DNA of 64,000 bases from Chitinophagales bacterium (GCA_038320245.1 JBBQEA010000002.1:8240-72239); one strand, 5' to 3'. Positions 20,268-30,262 are shown, counted from the stretch's first letter. Notes: generated by a model not told the origin, from the letters alone. Translations and numbers: made by a program.

Positions 20268-21311
20268 ATGATATACAGAAGTAAAGCGCCATTAAGAATT
20301 GGATTCGCAGGTGGAGGTACCGATGTTTCTCCCTACTCTGATTTGTTTGGAGGTGCAATATTAAATGCAACCATCTCATTATCTGCAAGGGCAAGTCTTG
20401 AATTGATTGAAGAAGATAAAATAATTTTGCATGCCTTAGACAGAGGTGAAGTTGCAGAATATGCACTTACAGACGAATTGCCAATAAACGGGGAACTCGA
20501 TTTATTAAAGGGAGCATACAATTATATGGCTAAAAACTATATAAAGGAGTTAAAAGGATTTAGGCTATCCACTTATGTTGACGCTCCTGCCGGCTCCGGT
20601 TTAGGTTCATCGTCTACCTTAATGGTTGCCATTCTGGGAACTTTTGTAGAGTGGCTGAGCCTGCCACTCGGTTCGTATGATATAGCACACATGAGTTATG
20701 AAATTGAACGTATTCAATTAAATATGGCCGGTGGTAAACAAGATCAATATGCAGCTACTTTTGGAGGCTTCAATTACATGGAATTCTACAACGACGATAA
20801 AGTAATTGTAAATCCACTAAGAATACCAAAACCATATATTTTTGAATTGGAAAATAATTTGCTTTTGTACTATACTTCAAAAAGTCGTTTGTCATCAACT
20901 ATTATTGAAGAGCAACAAAAGAATGTAAGCAGCAAAAATGAAAAATCATTAGATGCAATGCATGTAATTAAAGAGCAGGCAATGCAAATGAAAGAAGCAT
21001 TATTAAAAGGGAATATTAACAGATTGGGCGAAATACTAGATGAAGGTTTCCGCTATAAAAAAGAGATGGCAAAAGGTATTACTAACCCAATGATTGATGA
21101 AATTTATGATACAGCAAAAAAAGCTGGTGCTGTTGGTGGTAAAATTTTGGGAGCAGGTGGAGGTGGTTATATGTTATTTTATTGTCCGGATATTAGTAAA
21201 TACAAGGTAATGCATGCACTTGAGCAGTACGATGGGCAATTTAATTCTTTTAGGTTCGTTGAAGATGGACTATTTACATGGGTAATTAAAAAAAATGGAT
21301 ATGCAAAATAA
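20268..21311 (+). CDS. hddA: D-glycero-alpha-D-manno-heptose-7-phosphate kinase (GHMP family)
   Basis: APLRIGFAGGGTD, PAGSGLGSSS, GGKQDQYAA, GGKILGAGGGG. Confidence 0.88.
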   Translation: MIYRSKAPLRIGFAGGGTDVSPYSDLFGGAILNATISLSARASLELIEEDKIILHALDRGEVAEYALTDELPINGELDLLKGAYNYMAKNYIKELKGFRLSTYVDAPAGSGLGSSSTLMVAILGTFVEWLSLPLGSYDIAHMSYEIERIQLNMAGGKQDQYAATFGGFNYMEFYNDDKVIVNPLRIPKPYIFELENNLLLYYTSKSRLSSTIIEEQQKNVSSKNEKSLDAMHVIKEQAMQMKEALLKGNINRLGEILDEGFRYKKEMAKGITNPMIDEIYDTAKKAGAVGGKILGAGGGGYMLFYCPDISKYKVMHALEQYDGQFNSFRFVEDGLFTWVIKKNGYAK

Positions 21312-21885
21312 AGAATTGATAAAACAAAGATTAACTGCATCAGCTGATGTTAAATTAGCTATCTGCAATGATGAACAAATGCTGGAACAAATTGATGGAA
21401 TAGCACAGGTTATTGTTACTGCATTTAAGAATGGCAACTCCGTTTACTTTTGTGGTAATGGCGGAAGTGCTGCAGATGCTCAACACTTAGCCGCAGAGTT
21501 TTCAGGACGGTTTTATTTAGACCGGCAACCTTTACCATCCGAAGCGTTGCATTGTAACACTTCCTTTATGACCGCTGTTGGAAATGACTATGGTTATGAA
21601 AATGTTTACTCCCGTTTGGTGCAGGCAATTGGAAAGTCAGGCGACGTTCTTATCGGAATTTCAACCTCCGGTAATTCTCCCAACATTTTAAAAGCTTTTG
21701 CAGTGGCACATGCTAAAGGAATGATAACTGTAGGGCTTGCCGGGCAATCGGGTGGAAAGATGGTTGGAGAAACTGACCATCTGATTAAAATACCAAGCAG
21801 TGATACACCAAGGATTCAGGAAGCTCATATTACAGTTGGCCATACAATTTGTGAAATTGTGGAGGCTACTTTATTTGCGGTTTAA
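21295..21885 (+). CDS. gmhA: Sedoheptulose-7-phosphate isomerase
   Basis: CGNGGSAADAQHLAAEF, NDYGYE, STSGNSPN, TPRIQEAH. Confidence 0.95.
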   Translation: MDMQNKELIKQRLTASADVKLAICNDEQMLEQIDGIAQVIVTAFKNGNSVYFCGNGGSAADAQHLAAEFSGRFYLDRQPLPSEALHCNTSFMTAVGNDYGYENVYSRLVQAIGKSGDVLIGISTSGNSPNILKAFAVAHAKGMITVGLAGQSGGKMVGETDHLIKIPSSDTPRIQEAHITVGHTICEIVEATLFAV

Positions 21886-21925
21886 TTTGATAATATAAGA
21901 ACGCAGCACAGGTAATAATGAATTG

Positions 21926-21963
21926 AATTTCTGATTAAAAATTATGGTTTTTAATCAGAAATT
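21926..21963 (+). terminator. 16-bp perfect inverted repeat after gmhA (terminator or operator)
   Basis: AATTTCTGATTAAAAA-ttatgg-TTTTTAATCAGAAATT. Confidence 0.5.
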
Positions 21964-22221
21964 TTATGACCTAAACTTTGGCCATTCATTACAAGGTTCA
22001 AAATTTAATCTATTATCCTCTTTTGAAATAGCAGAGCATACAATTGTGATTAATTTGACTTTTCTATAAAAACAAACAATAACATCCCTAACAATTATAT
22101 AATCACAAAAGGTTTTGTTTATTGAGTTTATAAGGAAGTTTTGTCTTTAAAAACTATATAAAACTTACCAGTGTTTAAAAGCAAATAATTATTTAAGCAG
22201 AAACAATAAAATTCGTATACA

Positions 22222-23430
22222 ATGAAAGTTGCCTTAATTTCTGCATATTCTATAGATGCAACAATGCCTTTAACAAAGCACTTAGCACAAGAAGAAAATG
22301 TAGATGTACATTTATTTGGAATAATGCCTAATTACAATCAAAATGTTTTTGTGGTTGATTTTAACCGTAACAAACAGCCATTTGGTTTTGTTGATAGTGA
22401 TATTTTAAATAAAAAGATGGGCAAAAGCCTTTGTGACTACCTATCGCAAGTAAAAACAAAATTTTTTGTATTTCCAGCGGGCGCTGGTAAAAAGGCTTTT
22501 TTCCCGGATATATATTACGCTTGGAAATTTAGCCAACATATAATTGAGGGCAAATACGATGTAGTACATCTAATTCATACAGCCAATCGGTTTTCTTTAT
22601 TGTTAATGCATTTTTTAAGAAAACAAAATATAATTCAAACATTGCATGAGGTTACAGCCCATCATAGTAGCAATACTGGTTCATACAGTATAAGGATTTT
22701 GAATAAACTTATTGAGAGAAATATTCCCATAATTTTTCACTCTCAAACTTCAAAAGATCGTTTTATTGCTTATCGTTCTGCAATCACTTCTTCAAATCTT
22801 GATGAGGACCAGACAACCATAATAAGGTTTAGTGTACACGAAACCTATCTACATTTTTTACCTGCCCAAATAAATACATCCAGAAAAACGATCGATAAAT
22901 CTATTCCAATTATTCTCCACATTGGCAGGGTAGTTCCTTATAAGGGTATTGATATTTTAATTGATGCAGTAAAGATTATTCAAAAAACCCAACCCGTGCA
23001 TCTTATTGTTGCAGGCGGTGGAGATTCTTATTTTAATTTTGATGGAATTGATAGTTACGAATTTCTTAATTATTCTATCAGCAATGAGGAAATCATCGAT
23101 TTGATAAAAAATAGCACGGTGGTTGTGTGTCCTTACCGGTCTGCATCACAAAGTGGTATTCCAATGACAGTATTCCCTTTTAATAAACCAATTATAGCAA
23201 GCAACATCGGAGGATTTAGTGAAGTTATTGAACACAATGTAAATGGAATACTAGTTGACAAAATAGAGGCGCCTTCTTTTGCTGCTGCAATTGGAAATTT
23301 CATCTCTGATAAAGATCTCCAGGAAAAAATGAAAATTAATATTGGCAATTTTCAGAAGGGGGAGTTTTCATGGGCAAACATTGCAAAAAAAACATTGAAT
23401 TTTTACAAAATGCATTTTCCAACAAAGTAG
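22222..23430 (+). CDS. Glycosyltransferase family 4
   Basis: IGRVVPYKGID and PYRSASQSGI..KPIIASNIGG. Confidence 0.9.
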   Translation: MKVALISAYSIDATMPLTKHLAQEENVDVHLFGIMPNYNQNVFVVDFNRNKQPFGFVDSDILNKKMGKSLCDYLSQVKTKFFVFPAGAGKKAFFPDIYYAWKFSQHIIEGKYDVVHLIHTANRFSLLLMHFLRKQNIIQTLHEVTAHHSSNTGSYSIRILNKLIERNIPIIFHSQTSKDRFIAYRSAITSSNLDEDQTTIIRFSVHETYLHFLPAQINTSRKTIDKSIPIILHIGRVVPYKGIDILIDAVKIIQKTQPVHLIVAGGGDSYFNFDGIDSYEFLNYSISNEEIIDLIKNSTVVVCPYRSASQSGIPMTVFPFNKPIIASNIGGFSEVIEHNVNGILVDKIEAPSFAAAIGNFISDKDLQEKMKINIGNFQKGEFSWANIAKKTLNFYKMHFPTK

Positions 23431-23761
23431 TTATTCTGCCAAGCTGAATTTCATTTTAGATTGATGTGCGATGGCTAAAATTCATTCAAAACTTTTGTGA
23501 GCAGGCTTTGATAAAATTTCATTTATGCCGTTGCATTTCGGTATTGAACTAATTAAAAAACCAAAAAGTATTATTAATACTTTTCTGGCCGTCAAAAAAT
23601 GCACAATTAAAATATACTTATTAATTTTCCTGCGTTAATATTGAAGAGATAAAGGCGTAGCCACAATTATTTTTTATTTAATATCCAGATAAATAAATAG
23701 CTTATATCTGCGTTATTAATTTATTTTACCAAAAAACTTTTAAATTTTTAAATACCTATTT

Positions 23762-24730
23762 ATGCAAAATAGACCAATTATCATAACAGGAGGTTGCGGA
23801 TTCCTTGGTTCTAATATAGTTAAAAAGCTAAATGATCTTGGCCAAAAAAACGTCATTATTGTTGATAATTACGATGAACAAAAGTTTAAAAACTTAAAAT
23901 CATTATCCTTTATAGATTATTTATCTTACAAGCAAGGAACTGCCTTTTTAAAAAATAGTTTTAAAAAATATGACATATCGGCCATTATTCATATTGGTGC
24001 AAATGCGGATGTTTTAATAAAAGACGCTGACTTAATGTTAGAAACAAATTATGAGCACAGTAAATTTTATCTTGAGATAGCACAAGAACGAAATATTCCG
24101 CTCATTTATGCTTCCAGTTCTGCAATCTATGGCAACGCACCACAAAAAGGTGAAAACAAAGAAAACCAGCAAGATCCTCATAATATTTATGCATGGTCAA
24201 AGTGGCTTTTTGATAAACATGTTGATGCTAATCTGGCAAACTTTAGTAACAGAGTGATAGGACTCAGGTTCTTTAATATCTTCGGTATGGGAGAGTTCCA
24301 TAAAGGCAGAAATGCAAGCCTTCCGCTTCGATTTTTTAGTTTTATAAAAGAAAATGGATTTATTGATATTTTCGATAGACAAATTCAGCGGGACTATGTT
24401 TGGGTAGAAGATGTTGCCGATGTAATTATAGATATACTGAATGATAATTCCGTGGCAAATGGAATTTATGATTTAGGAGGAAATAACCCCATATCAACTA
24501 AAATGATTGCTGATATTGTGGCGACAGCGTATATTGAAAAAGCTGTTAAAACAAAATCTGATGTGCTCATAAAAACAATACCTATGCCAGCAGAACTTGT
24601 TGATTGTTTCCAGTTCTATACAAAATCAAGTAATTTAATTCCTTTGATATCGAATCGAACGGTTGATAATGAATTGAAAATTAGAAATTATATTGACCAA
24701 TTATTAGCCTTAACATATGGTAACAGTTAA
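23762..24730 (+). CDS. HldD/RfaD-like NDP-heptose 6-epimerase family SDR
   Basis: IITGGCGFLGSNIVKKLN, VDN, YASSSAIYG, YAWSK, LRFFNIFG..EFHKG, QRDYVWVED. Confidence 0.8.
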   Translation: MQNRPIIITGGCGFLGSNIVKKLNDLGQKNVIIVDNYDEQKFKNLKSLSFIDYLSYKQGTAFLKNSFKKYDISAIIHIGANADVLIKDADLMLETNYEHSKFYLEIAQERNIPLIYASSSAIYGNAPQKGENKENQQDPHNIYAWSKWLFDKHVDANLANFSNRVIGLRFFNIFGMGEFHKGRNASLPLRFFSFIKENGFIDIFDRQIQRDYVWVEDVADVIIDILNDNSVANGIYDLGGNNPISTKMIADIVATAYIEKAVKTKSDVLIKTIPMPAELVDCFQFYTKSSNLIPLISNRTVDNELKIRNYIDQLLALTYGNS

Positions 24731-24807
24731 TCGGTTTTAATGTAAAGGGATATATTATTTTTATTTGTTTTCAAAATCCCTGGGCACAAGGGTACTTAAT
24801 TTGCTGA

Positions 24808-24856
24808 AAAACTAAAAACCCCATTGCTATAGAAAGCATATGGGGTTTTTAGTTTT
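24808..24856. terminator. Bidirectional intrinsic terminator between convergent genes
   Basis: AAAACTAAAAACCCCA...TGGGGTTTTTAGTTTT, a perfect 16-bp stem with an inner TGCT/AGCA extension and A/T tracts on both sides. Confidence 0.8.
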
Positions 24857-24866
24857 AATAAAAAGT

Positions 24867-27800
24867 TTACCTCACCGATTTAATAACTTTTAATGTTTTC
24901 AAATCATTACCGTTTGTCACTTTAATTACATACAAGCCAGCGGCGAAATTTTCTCCAAAATTATATTTTTTATTGGTAGTGCCTGTTGTTTGAAAAACAA
25001 TCCTGCCATCTTCACTCATTACTAAAATAGATATTTTTTCATTGTTTTTACCTTCAACCAATAAACCAAACTCATTTATTGCAGGATTCGGGAAGCAGCT
25101 TATTTTAAATGCATTTAATGAATTTTCAGTATTTGGTACCACTGTAGTAGTTGGAATAATTCTAGCCGAAACTCTTGCCGAAACAAGTTGAGTAACATTT
25201 ATACTTGTAGTAACAGAACATCCGTTTGCATCTGTTACATTAAATGTATTAAGCCCAATTTTAGCTGTAAAAGTTCCTGTGCCTGTGTAAGGTGAAGTGC
25301 CCCCTGTTGCAGCAACAGTTAAAACATTTGCATTTCCCAATGAAACAGCGGCAGTTAAAACAGTTGCAGATTGCTTTATTGGTAAACCTACAGTAGATAT
25401 AACACCGGTAGCATCTGTAACTGTATAGTAGTTAATATTTTTTATTTTGCTAGTATTATCCCACTCTAAAAGTTGGTTACCATTTGAACTCCAAAAGCGA
25501 ATTGCACTGATATCTGTTTCAAATTGTCCTTTTGTAATTATGTTATCACTAATGAGTTCTCCTGTTGGTGTTGCCTCAAAAAAGGCGATGTTATCTATAT
25601 AGGTAGTTCCTGAATTCTGATTTAGCCACAAATCTATCCTGGCATTATCATCTGAAATAGTTGGAGTAAAAATAAATTCATGTTGTTTTATTGATGTTCC
25701 AAAACTGGTAGTTTTTGAAGTTGCAAGAAGAGTAAAAGGTAATACATACTTCTTTAGGGTTATGTCCATTTGAACGTTTTCCATGGTCCCCAAAGTACTA
25801 AACCTTAAAACATAACTTTTTCCGGCAACGATACTAAAAACTCTAAAATAAATAGTTGTTTGTGTAGTTGAAACGCTAGTAGGGAAGGAAATTTTTAATG
25901 TTCCTTTTCCTGCATTGGTATTAAAAATTCCTGTGCCAGTGTATGGGCCTGTTCCACCATTGCCGGTAACATTAACAGCAGCCGTTGTACCGGAACAATT
26001 TACCGGGGATTCGATAGCTACGGCTGTTAAAGGCGGAATAGTAATACTTGTAGTTACAGAACATCCGTTTGCATCGGTTACGATAAAAGTATTAAGCCCA
26101 AATTTAGCTGTAAAAGTACCAGTACCTGAGTAAGGCGAAGCACCCCCTGTGGCAGAAACAGTTAAAATATTTGTATTTCCCAATGAAACAGCAGCAGCCA
26201 ATACAGTAGCAGGTTGCTTTATTGCCACACTAACAGTAGATATAATACCAGAAGCATCAGTAACAGAATAATAATTAATATTATCTATTTTGCTTGTAGT
26301 ATCCCACTCCACCAGTTGGTTGCCATTTGAGCTCCAAAAACGTATTGCACTAATGTCTGTTTCAAATTGTCCTTTAGTAACTATATTATCACCTATCAGT
26401 TCTCCTGTTGGGGATGCTTCAAAAAAGGCAATATTATCCAGATAAGTAGTTCCAGTATTTTGGGTTAGCCACAAATCTATTCTTGAGTCGGCATCGGAAA
26501 TCGTCGGAGTAAAAATAAATTCGTGTTGTTTTATTGATGTTCCAAAGCTTGTAGTTTTTGAAGCGGCAAGAAGAGTAAAGGGCGAAATGTACTTCTTTAA
26601 CGTAATATCCATTTGTACATTATCCATCGATCCTAATGTGCTAAATCTTAAAACATAACTTTTTCCGGCAACAATGCTTCCAACTTTAAGATAAATTGTG
26701 GTTTGCGTGGATGAAACACTAATCGGAAAGGAAATTTTTAATGCACCCTTGCCTGCATCAGTATTAAAACTACCTGTTCCGGTGTAAGGGGTAACTCCTC
26801 CACTGGCAGTTACATTTACGGTTGACGTGTTGCCAAAGCAATTAATAGTTTCAATTGCAGCTGCTGTAAGATTGGTACTAACAGGCTGTGAATTAACTGT
26901 TACCTGAATTGTATCTTTTCCTACAGCCCCATTATTATCTGTTACTGAAAATTCAAATTGATAAATACCTTGAATCAAACTATTTAGTGCTGTACTTGCA
27001 GCAGCAGGCGATGCAATTGTTCCAGAGAAAGGTCCTGATATTTTTGTCCAAGTATAACTTGAAATGTTGCCGTCAGCATCAGTTCCAACACCGGATACTG
27101 AAATGCTATTGGTGGGTAATGTTATTACTTTATCTATACCTGCGTTTGCAATTGGTGGTTGGTTAATGGCTGCATTTACGGATACTTGCACAGTGTCTTT
27201 TCCAATAGCTCCTCCATTATCTGTTACTTTTAATTCAAACTGATACACGCCTTGTACCAAACTATTTATTGCTGTACTTGCAGCAGCAGGCGATGCAATA
27301 GTTCCAGAGGAAGGTCCTGATATTTTTGTCCAGGCATAACTTGCAATGGTGCCATCAGTATCGGTTCCGGTTCCTGTTAGCGTGGTGCTGTTGGCAGGCA
27401 ACGTAATAGTTTTGTTGGCACCTGCATTTGCTGCAGGAATTTGGTTACCAATGATATTTACGTTTACCTGAACTGTGTCTCTTCCTATGGCTCCATTATT
27501 ATCTGTAACTTTCAATTCAAATTTATAAACACCTTGTATCAATGCATTTATCGTAGTACTTGCAGCAGCTGGCGACACAATAGTTCCAATGGAGGGACCT
27601 GATATTTTTGTCCATGCATAACTTGCAATGGTTCCATCTGCATCAGTTCCTGTTCCGGTTAAAGTAGAACTACTAATAGGTAATAGGATGGTTTTGTCGA
27701 CACCTGCATTTGCAATAGGGGCTTTATTTGGAGTAGCTGTTCCGTTGGGAATAAGCACTACACTTCTCCATGCTGCTATGGTAACAGAATTATTGTATAC

Positions 27801-29735
27801 GTTTCCGAACACATCCTTTTTACTTAATCCTGAAAATTGAACAATTCGAGGGCTGTTACTGGCATTGTATTCTAAAGTTCCGGTGTTAACAACGTTAATT
27901 GAATTTTTTTCAATTCCAATTGTTCCGGTTAGGTAAGAGAATGGATTATTTACTTCTTTGTAATTAGTTCCATCTGCATTTGTTGCGATGCCGAAGAAAG
28001 ATGTGTCAGTCCCAGATTTCAGGGAATAATAATTGCTATCAATTGTTCCCATTGCTAATATATCATCTTCTCTTGTTATAACAGGAATATTTGATGTGCT
28101 GTTTCCATAATAAAATTTATAAGGGTAAACAAGATTCTTTGTTATGGCCATGTTTCGAACAAGGGGAGCGCCAGGGAATCTTTGCAAAGAATATCCTTTT
28201 CCATTTCCAAAGAAAACATTGTTTTTGATTGTAAGGCTTGAGTTATTATTGCCATGAAATCCACTATTTACTGTATACGCCACTGTATTTGAATCGGCCA
28301 AAACAGTTCTCGTTCCTAAATCGAAATATAGGCCGCTACAACTTGTCCCTTTAGGGTTATTGGTGCCGTTGTTATTTCCAAGACCATTAATCAATATATT
28401 TCCAGTTATTTTTCTGTTTATACGGGTAGGCAAAGTACTACCAGCATTTTCTACAGAATAAATACCGCCACCATCATCTCTCAGTGTGCAAAATGTATTG
28501 ATGAAGTTATTTTTAATGTTAACGTTATCACCCTGCCATGAAATACCAATATAGCCAGAGTTTATAACAGAATTATTTTGAATAGTTAAACCATCACCTT
28601 TTTCGCAGGCAATGCCGGCACCGGAATTATGATCGCCGGTGGTTTCCATACCAACTATGAATGCTGTATTTATCGTTGTACAGTTTTTAACTAATGCATT
28701 GGCAATTGTGTTATCATTATTCATTACCCTTATCCCCGAACCTAAGCTATTAGTGGTAGTACAATTATCAATCGTAACATTAAGTGAGTACAAACATGTT
28801 ATAGCTTCAGCACCACTATTTATTACATCACAATTTTTGATGGTAATTCCAGTGCCACCATTTGTCCAAATTGCTCTTTTCCCTGAGCCATAAAATACCA
28901 AATCGCTTACTGTTAGACTATTAGAATATCTGCATTTGAACAAAGTGTCGATAGTGGCTATTTGTATATTGTATAGGTCAGGATTATTGTTCCCAAAATA
29001 CATCCTTAATTTGCTTCCTGTTTCATTGTGCCACCATTCACCATCCTGATCCAATGTTCTGGCATCACGTTGAAAAAAATATCCGTAGTTCAACCTTGGT
29101 ATTTCGCTATTACTTGCAAAAGAAACTACACCGGCCGAATGCGATGTAACAGTTTGCCTTCTAATATCCCAGCGATTAAGTCTGATAGCCAATTCGGCAC
29201 CCGTCCAGTTTGTTGTTGACGATAGTGCAGGTCCGGTTATAGAAGTAGTGGTTGCTGCTGTATAAGTAAGGTAACCACCATTTGTAACATCAGGATTTGG
29301 GTATCTTCCTATTTGTTGTATTTTTCCATCCCGCAAAACTAAGTTAACGCCAATTGGCACGTTTGTTACAGGTGCTTCCCAAATGTTACCTCCCAAATTA
29401 ATCCAGCCTGTTATAGTTGAAAGTCCGGAAATGATGGGATTTGCACCAGTTCCATACGCACCAAAATTTAGATTGCTCCTACTCACAACTATTCCTCCAT
29501 AAAATGTATCTCCTCTTTTGAAAAGAACAAAATCATTATATTCAAAAGAAAAGCTGTTTACTTTGCTAATAGTTTGCCATGCAGTAGTTTGCGTTAAACC
29601 ATCGTTGGAATTATTGCCATTTACAGCTACGTAATAATTTTTTGCCTGAGCCACAGTAGACAATAAAACCAAAAGAATTAAAATACACTTTAAGGGCAAA
29701 TTTCTTTTAAATATTTGTAAGCCTTTAGGTTTCAT
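24867..29735 (-). CDS. T9SS cargo: right-handed beta-helix (pectin-lyase-like) + 3 PKD-like repeats + 2 SprB/CBM-like modules + type A CTD
   Basis: Signal peptide, NYYVA..GNNSNDG..AWQT..LFKRGDTF, DDGGGIY helix rungs, PIANAG..DG.I.SY.W repeats, and C-terminal FPNPA...GLYVIKV...LKVIK. Confidence 0.88.
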   Translation of the reverse strand: MKPKGLQIFKRNLPLKCILILLVLLSTVAQAKNYYVAVNGNNSNDGLTQTTAWQTISKVNSFSFEYNDFVLFKRGDTFYGGIVVSRSNLNFGAYGTGANPIISGLSTITGWINLGGNIWEAPVTNVPIGVNLVLRDGKIQQIGRYPNPDVTNGGYLTYTAATTTSITGPALSSTTNWTGAELAIRLNRWDIRRQTVTSHSAGVVSFASNSEIPRLNYGYFFQRDARTLDQDGEWWHNETGSKLRMYFGNNNPDLYNIQIATIDTLFKCRYSNSLTVSDLVFYGSGKRAIWTNGGTGITIKNCDVINSGAEAITCLYSLNVTIDNCTTTNSLGSGIRVMNNDNTIANALVKNCTTINTAFIVGMETTGDHNSGAGIACEKGDGLTIQNNSVINSGYIGISWQGDNVNIKNNFINTFCTLRDDGGGIYSVENAGSTLPTRINRKITGNILINGLGNNNGTNNPKGTSCSGLYFDLGTRTVLADSNTVAYTVNSGFHGNNNSSLTIKNNVFFGNGKGYSLQRFPGAPLVRNMAITKNLVYPYKFYYGNSTSNIPVITREDDILAMGTIDSNYYSLKSGTDTSFFGIATNADGTNYKEVNNPFSYLTGTIGIEKNSINVVNTGTLEYNASNSPRIVQFSGLSKKDVFGNVYNNSVTIAAWRSVVLIPNGTATPNKAPIANAGVDKTILLPISSSTLTGTGTDADGTIASYAWTKISGPSIGTIVSPAAASTTINALIQGVYKFELKVTDNNGAIGRDTVQVNVNIIGNQIPAANAGANKTITLPANSTTLTGTGTDTDGTIASYAWTKISGPSSGTIASPAAASTAINSLVQGVYQFELKVTDNGGAIGKDTVQVSVNAAINQPPIANAGIDKVITLPTNSISVSGVGTDADGNISSYTWTKISGPFSGTIASPAAASTALNSLIQGIYQFEFSVTDNNGAVGKDTIQVTVNSQPVSTNLTAAAIETINCFGNTSTVNVTASGGVTPYTGTGSFNTDAGKGALKISFPISVSSTQTTIYLKVGSIVAGKSYVLRFSTLGSMDNVQMDITLKKYISPFTLLAASKTTSFGTSIKQHEFIFTPTISDADSRIDLWLTQNTGTTYLDNIAFFEASPTGELIGDNIVTKGQFETDISAIRFWSSNGNQLVEWDTTSKIDNINYYSVTDASGIISTVSVAIKQPATVLAAAVSLGNTNILTVSATGGASPYSGTGTFTAKFGLNTFIVTDANGCSVTTSITIPPLTAVAIESPVNCSGTTAAVNVTGNGGTGPYTGTGIFNTNAGKGTLKISFPTSVSTTQTTIYFRVFSIVAGKSYVLRFSTLGTMENVQMDITLKKYVLPFTLLATSKTTSFGTSIKQHEFIFTPTISDDNARIDLWLNQNSGTTYIDNIAFFEATPTGELISDNIITKGQFETDISAIRFWSSNGNQLLEWDNTSKIKNINYYTVTDATGVISTVGLPIKQSATVLTAAVSLGNANVLTVAATGGTSPYTGTGTFTAKIGLNTFNVTDANGCSVTTSINVTQLVSARVSARIIPTTTVVPNTENSLNAFKISCFPNPAINEFGLLVEGKNNEKISILVMSEDGRIVFQTTGTTNKKYNFGENFAAGLYVIKVTNGNDLKTLKVIKSVR
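25201..26870 (-). repeat. Intragenic tandem duplication of a ~840-bp (280-281 aa) module
   Basis: Both copies share long identical peptides such as SIVAGKSYVLRFSTLG, SKTTSFGTSIKQHEFIFTPTISD and TKGQFETDISAIRFWSSNGNQL. Confidence 0.92.
26891..27728 (-). repeat. Three tandem ~282-bp PKD-like repeats
   Basis: NKAPIANAG, NQIPAANAG and NQPPIANAG units; near-identical DNA stretches such as GTACTTGCAGCAGCAGGCGATGCAAT. Confidence 0.9.
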
Positions 29736-29893
29736 AAAAAGTTTAATTTTTTATCAGAAAACACAATAAGTATACTTAAAAAATATACAATATTTTTTTA
29801 ATAGTTAATTTTCTAGTTAGGGAGATGCGATTGATTTATTGAATTTTGGGGAAATTATTTCACAAAAGGGTAGAAGAATTGTTCTGGTACGTG

Positions 29894-29908
29894 ACAAATA
29901 TAATGCCG
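29894..29908 (-). promoter_or_regulatory. Sigma54-like -24/-12 motif facing the T9SS beta-helix gene
   Basis: Minus strand CGGCATTATATTTGT: GG-N10-GT versus consensus TGGCAC-N5-TTGC. Confidence 0.4.
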
Positions 29909-30262
29909 ATTTTTTAAAATTTATAACTTTTTTTTTAATTTTCTTAACACAGCAATTCTGCTATTGCAAATAACTGGTTGGCATAATTTGAAAATAAGAA
30001 ATCTTACTTATTATTAGGTTTTTTATTTATGAATCGCTACTAATTTTAATTTCGTCTCAATTTGTATTTCCCGAAATTTTTACTATCAATTTTGTAGATA
30101 AAACTAAAACTCCTCTTTATTTTCAAAAATATTTACTCTTTAATTTTCTAATAAACGTACAAGTAATCTTAAGTTTCCGCGGAAAATGGTTGCGTTTAAT
30201 TCACATTTAGAAAACTATTATAATTGTTGATTTTCCGACAATTAATTTAAAAAAATTCTAAC

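Noticed and set aside
29980-29994. Third sigma54-like motif TGGCATAATTTGAAA
   Set aside because: The GG-to-TTG spacing is 2 nt too short for a -24/-12 promoter.
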